From: Antedon mediterranea
Lineage: Eukaryota; Animalia; Echinodermata
NCBI RefSeq assembly: GCF_964355755.1
Contig: NC_092672.1
Span: 36,834,437-36,898,436, forward strand
Length of the DNA: 64,000 nucleotides
Reading direction: 5' to 3'
Shown: piece by piece, positions 61,675 through 64,000 of the stretch
Layout of the letters: every line of letters starts with the position of its first letter
Position numbering within the stretch: the stretch's first letter is position 1
The notes under the pieces: model-generated
What the model was told of the DNA's origin: nothing
Database searches by the model: none
Seen by the model: the letters and a program-made list of their open reading frames with translations, nothing else
Made by a program: the position numbers and the translations under genes

Positions 61675-62545
61675 ATGAGCGCCAGGGAGAGGCTAACGAG
61701 CGCATTTTCGCTCAAATTTGGCCACAGTAACAAACCCCCGGAACTGGACTGCTTTGAGAATTCTATCAAGGGCCAACAGCTTATCGATGCTTTTGATCAG
61801 GACCTAACTTCTTTAGCGGAAAAAATTATTAAAGTTCAGGGCGAATTGGATCGTATTACTTTTGTACGGAATTGGATTGTTGAAGAAATTAAACAGCAAA
61901 CAGAGTGCACACCTTCCGTAGAGGCACAGGTAACAGAGAACGGAAACGTCAGTTCAGATCCAGAAATGAGCAGTAACAACAATCACAGAGGAGGAATAGA
62001 GGGGAATGAGTCCGGTACTAGCCCGCCCCTTTCAACATTCAGACCTGCTGGAGTTGTACAAAGAAAGAAGCCCCCCGTTGTACCCCCAAGAAGAGATTCT
62101 AGCCGTAATTCACGCGACTTTGAAACTGTAAACGTGAAACCTAATTCGCGTCCTCAAAGTTTCCAAGGTCCCCCCATCGTTGAGAAACCAGAAACGGATT
62201 CAGATGATGATTCCGATGATTATGAACAGATCTACGAGAACATAGATTTCCTGAAGAATCCGAAAGCATTCGGGCTTGGGTATATTGGGTGTATTAAAGT
62301 ACCGTCGCCCGAACCGGTTCGTCGCTTAATCGACGAAGACACAGACTATGAAAATGAAAATTTTGATGATGATTTGGCACACCATCGAGTCAGTCGTCAG
62401 CATAGTATAGAAGGCATGAGCGTGAATGAGCTTTTAACGAGCGGTGAGCATGCACCGACGAAACTCTCTAAAATTTTTATTGAAGAGGATGTGATATCTG
62501 AGGTGTCCAACAGCATTGAGGATACCTACTCAAAGGCAGACTCAG
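61675..62545 (+). CDS. BCR: BCR-like RhoGEF/GAP gene, first coding exon (the rest lies further right)
   Basis: N-terminus (LTSAFSLKFGHSNKPPEL...FDQDLTSLAEKIIKVQGELDRITFVRNWI) resembles the BCR oligomerisation coiled coil (FAEAWKAQFPDSEPP...EQELERCKASIRRLEQEVNQERF); IYENIDF resembles BCR Y177 YVNVEF; donor CAG|gtaagt at 62545. DH/PH/GAP domains are not seen, so the assignment is tentative. Confidence 0.6.
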
Positions 62546-64000
62546 GTAAGTTGATGACAATTCATTTTGACGAAAGGTGCATTTATTTTTATTTAGGTAA
62601 TGTTCTAGATGTGGTACTCTATATCCATATCAAGTTGGTTGTTCAAGTTATTCGTCAGAGGTTTGTGATCCTAAAGTTGTTTCGACAACACTTTCAGAAA
62701 GCATTCCATACTTTATCTTTTTGTATTTATTTTACATACAACAATGTTGCTTAGTTCAGTAATTTGCTTTTGGATTTGATTTATAAATGTTCAGAATTAC
62801 TACGTAAGGAATCCAGATTAATAAATGACATATAAATGGAAATGTAATGAACAAATGTAAGTTAAAAAATGCTATATTAAATTAAAGGTTTATTGAATTT
62901 TTCTAGACTACAGTATTTAAAGAAATGTACCCATATTTTATTTTGAACAATTTTAACAGTGTGTTGAGAAATGATTTTCTGACAATTAAAAAATTTGAAT
63001 ATTCATTAAATTGTGAATGATGAGAGAAATTGCACAAAGTAGATCTTTATTAGTGACAATATAAGAACTAAACCTATTTGGATTATGGTTTACGGAAGTC
63101 CTTAATTGACGTCAACGGAACTACTTCTTTGTCCCTCATACACAATAGGACCTACCTGACTAACCTCTAGCCTATCGTAACTGCATTTAAAACCCATTTG
63201 AAAACACATTATTTTAACACATTCCAGTAACTAATTGTAAATACAAACACATTATACATTAATATTCTACATATTTGCTATAATTTTTTTTTACCAAGTA
63301 ACAAAATTTTTTTCCAAACTTTTATTTTAGTACTAAATTTGTCAGACATTTTTTCGGGTAGTATAATCAGTGACACCTTATATTAGCCTACAATACCATT
63401 TAAGGTCATTAAACAGATTGCAAGGTCATCATTTATGAATTGATTTTGATGGTTTTTTTTCACCTAAACACAAATAAATTGTTGTAATGTACCTATTATA
63501 TAGTTATTATTTCACATAACCAAACTCTTACATACAGTAGAATCATGATTCAATATTTTAAACTTTGACTCAGTGTTTTTAACTGGTTGGGGCATAAAAG
63601 TTGACAGTACTGTACATACTTGTAAACTACTTTTGGCATTGTCACTGAAGCTATCATAACATGGATTGGTTTGTAAGCATGTGCATATATTATTCTTTTT
63701 TGACCAGCCAGTTGGCTAGCTCAGTAGCATATGAATAATTTAATGATAGTAGGGCCTGTACAGTAATCCTTGTTTTTCTTGTTAGGTACTGTACCAGTAC
63801 ATATTCTGTTTCTTGGTCATCATCGATTTAACAATTAAAATTAATGATTGTTTAGATTCTATCGTGACGTTATGGGCAAATAATAATTATTATCATCACT
63901 ACTTCCTTCTTATTTTGAATCACACTTTTTCCATGATTCTTTTTGGAAATTGGACAATAACCACATGGACAATAACGATTAGGACAATTTTTGATTGATG

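Noticed and set aside
62546-62754. Hydrophobic C-terminus of the 359-aa ORF as a TM segment
   Set aside because: Lies after a consensus donor (CAG|gtaagt) in T-rich intron sequence.

Overview
AT-rich, intron-containing animal genomic DNA (an invertebrate; deuterostome or echinoderm origin is only an inference), with no prokaryotic features. The left half holds conserved housekeeping genes: the 5' end of MED13 (-), PSPH (+), PLBD2 (-) and a beta-adaptin AP1B1/AP2B1 (+) that is head-to-head with PLBD2. The first exon of a BCR-like gene (+) is at the right end. Between them (about 32.7-58.5 kb) is a tandem cluster of three minus-strand genes that I cannot assign to any known family. Spliced by hand they encode single-pass membrane proteins with tails packed with tyrosine motifs (YxxL hemITAM-like arrays of variable copy number, YxxP, YxxM, YxN). 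Copies 1 and 2 have near-identical tails but unalignable Cys-rich ectodomains. Copy 3 seems to have lost its ectodomain and resembles a transmembrane adaptor. This cluster is the best candidate for an undescribed immune or allorecognition receptor system. The region is full of nested transposons: a Gypsy element carrying three further insertions, a THAP/P-element relic, foldback and MITE families, SINEs and a DINE-like element. Paired repeat copies directly show TA>TACAGTA and TA>TAGGCCTA micro-insertions that look like excision footprints. All exon models and alignments were made by eye; no database search was possible.
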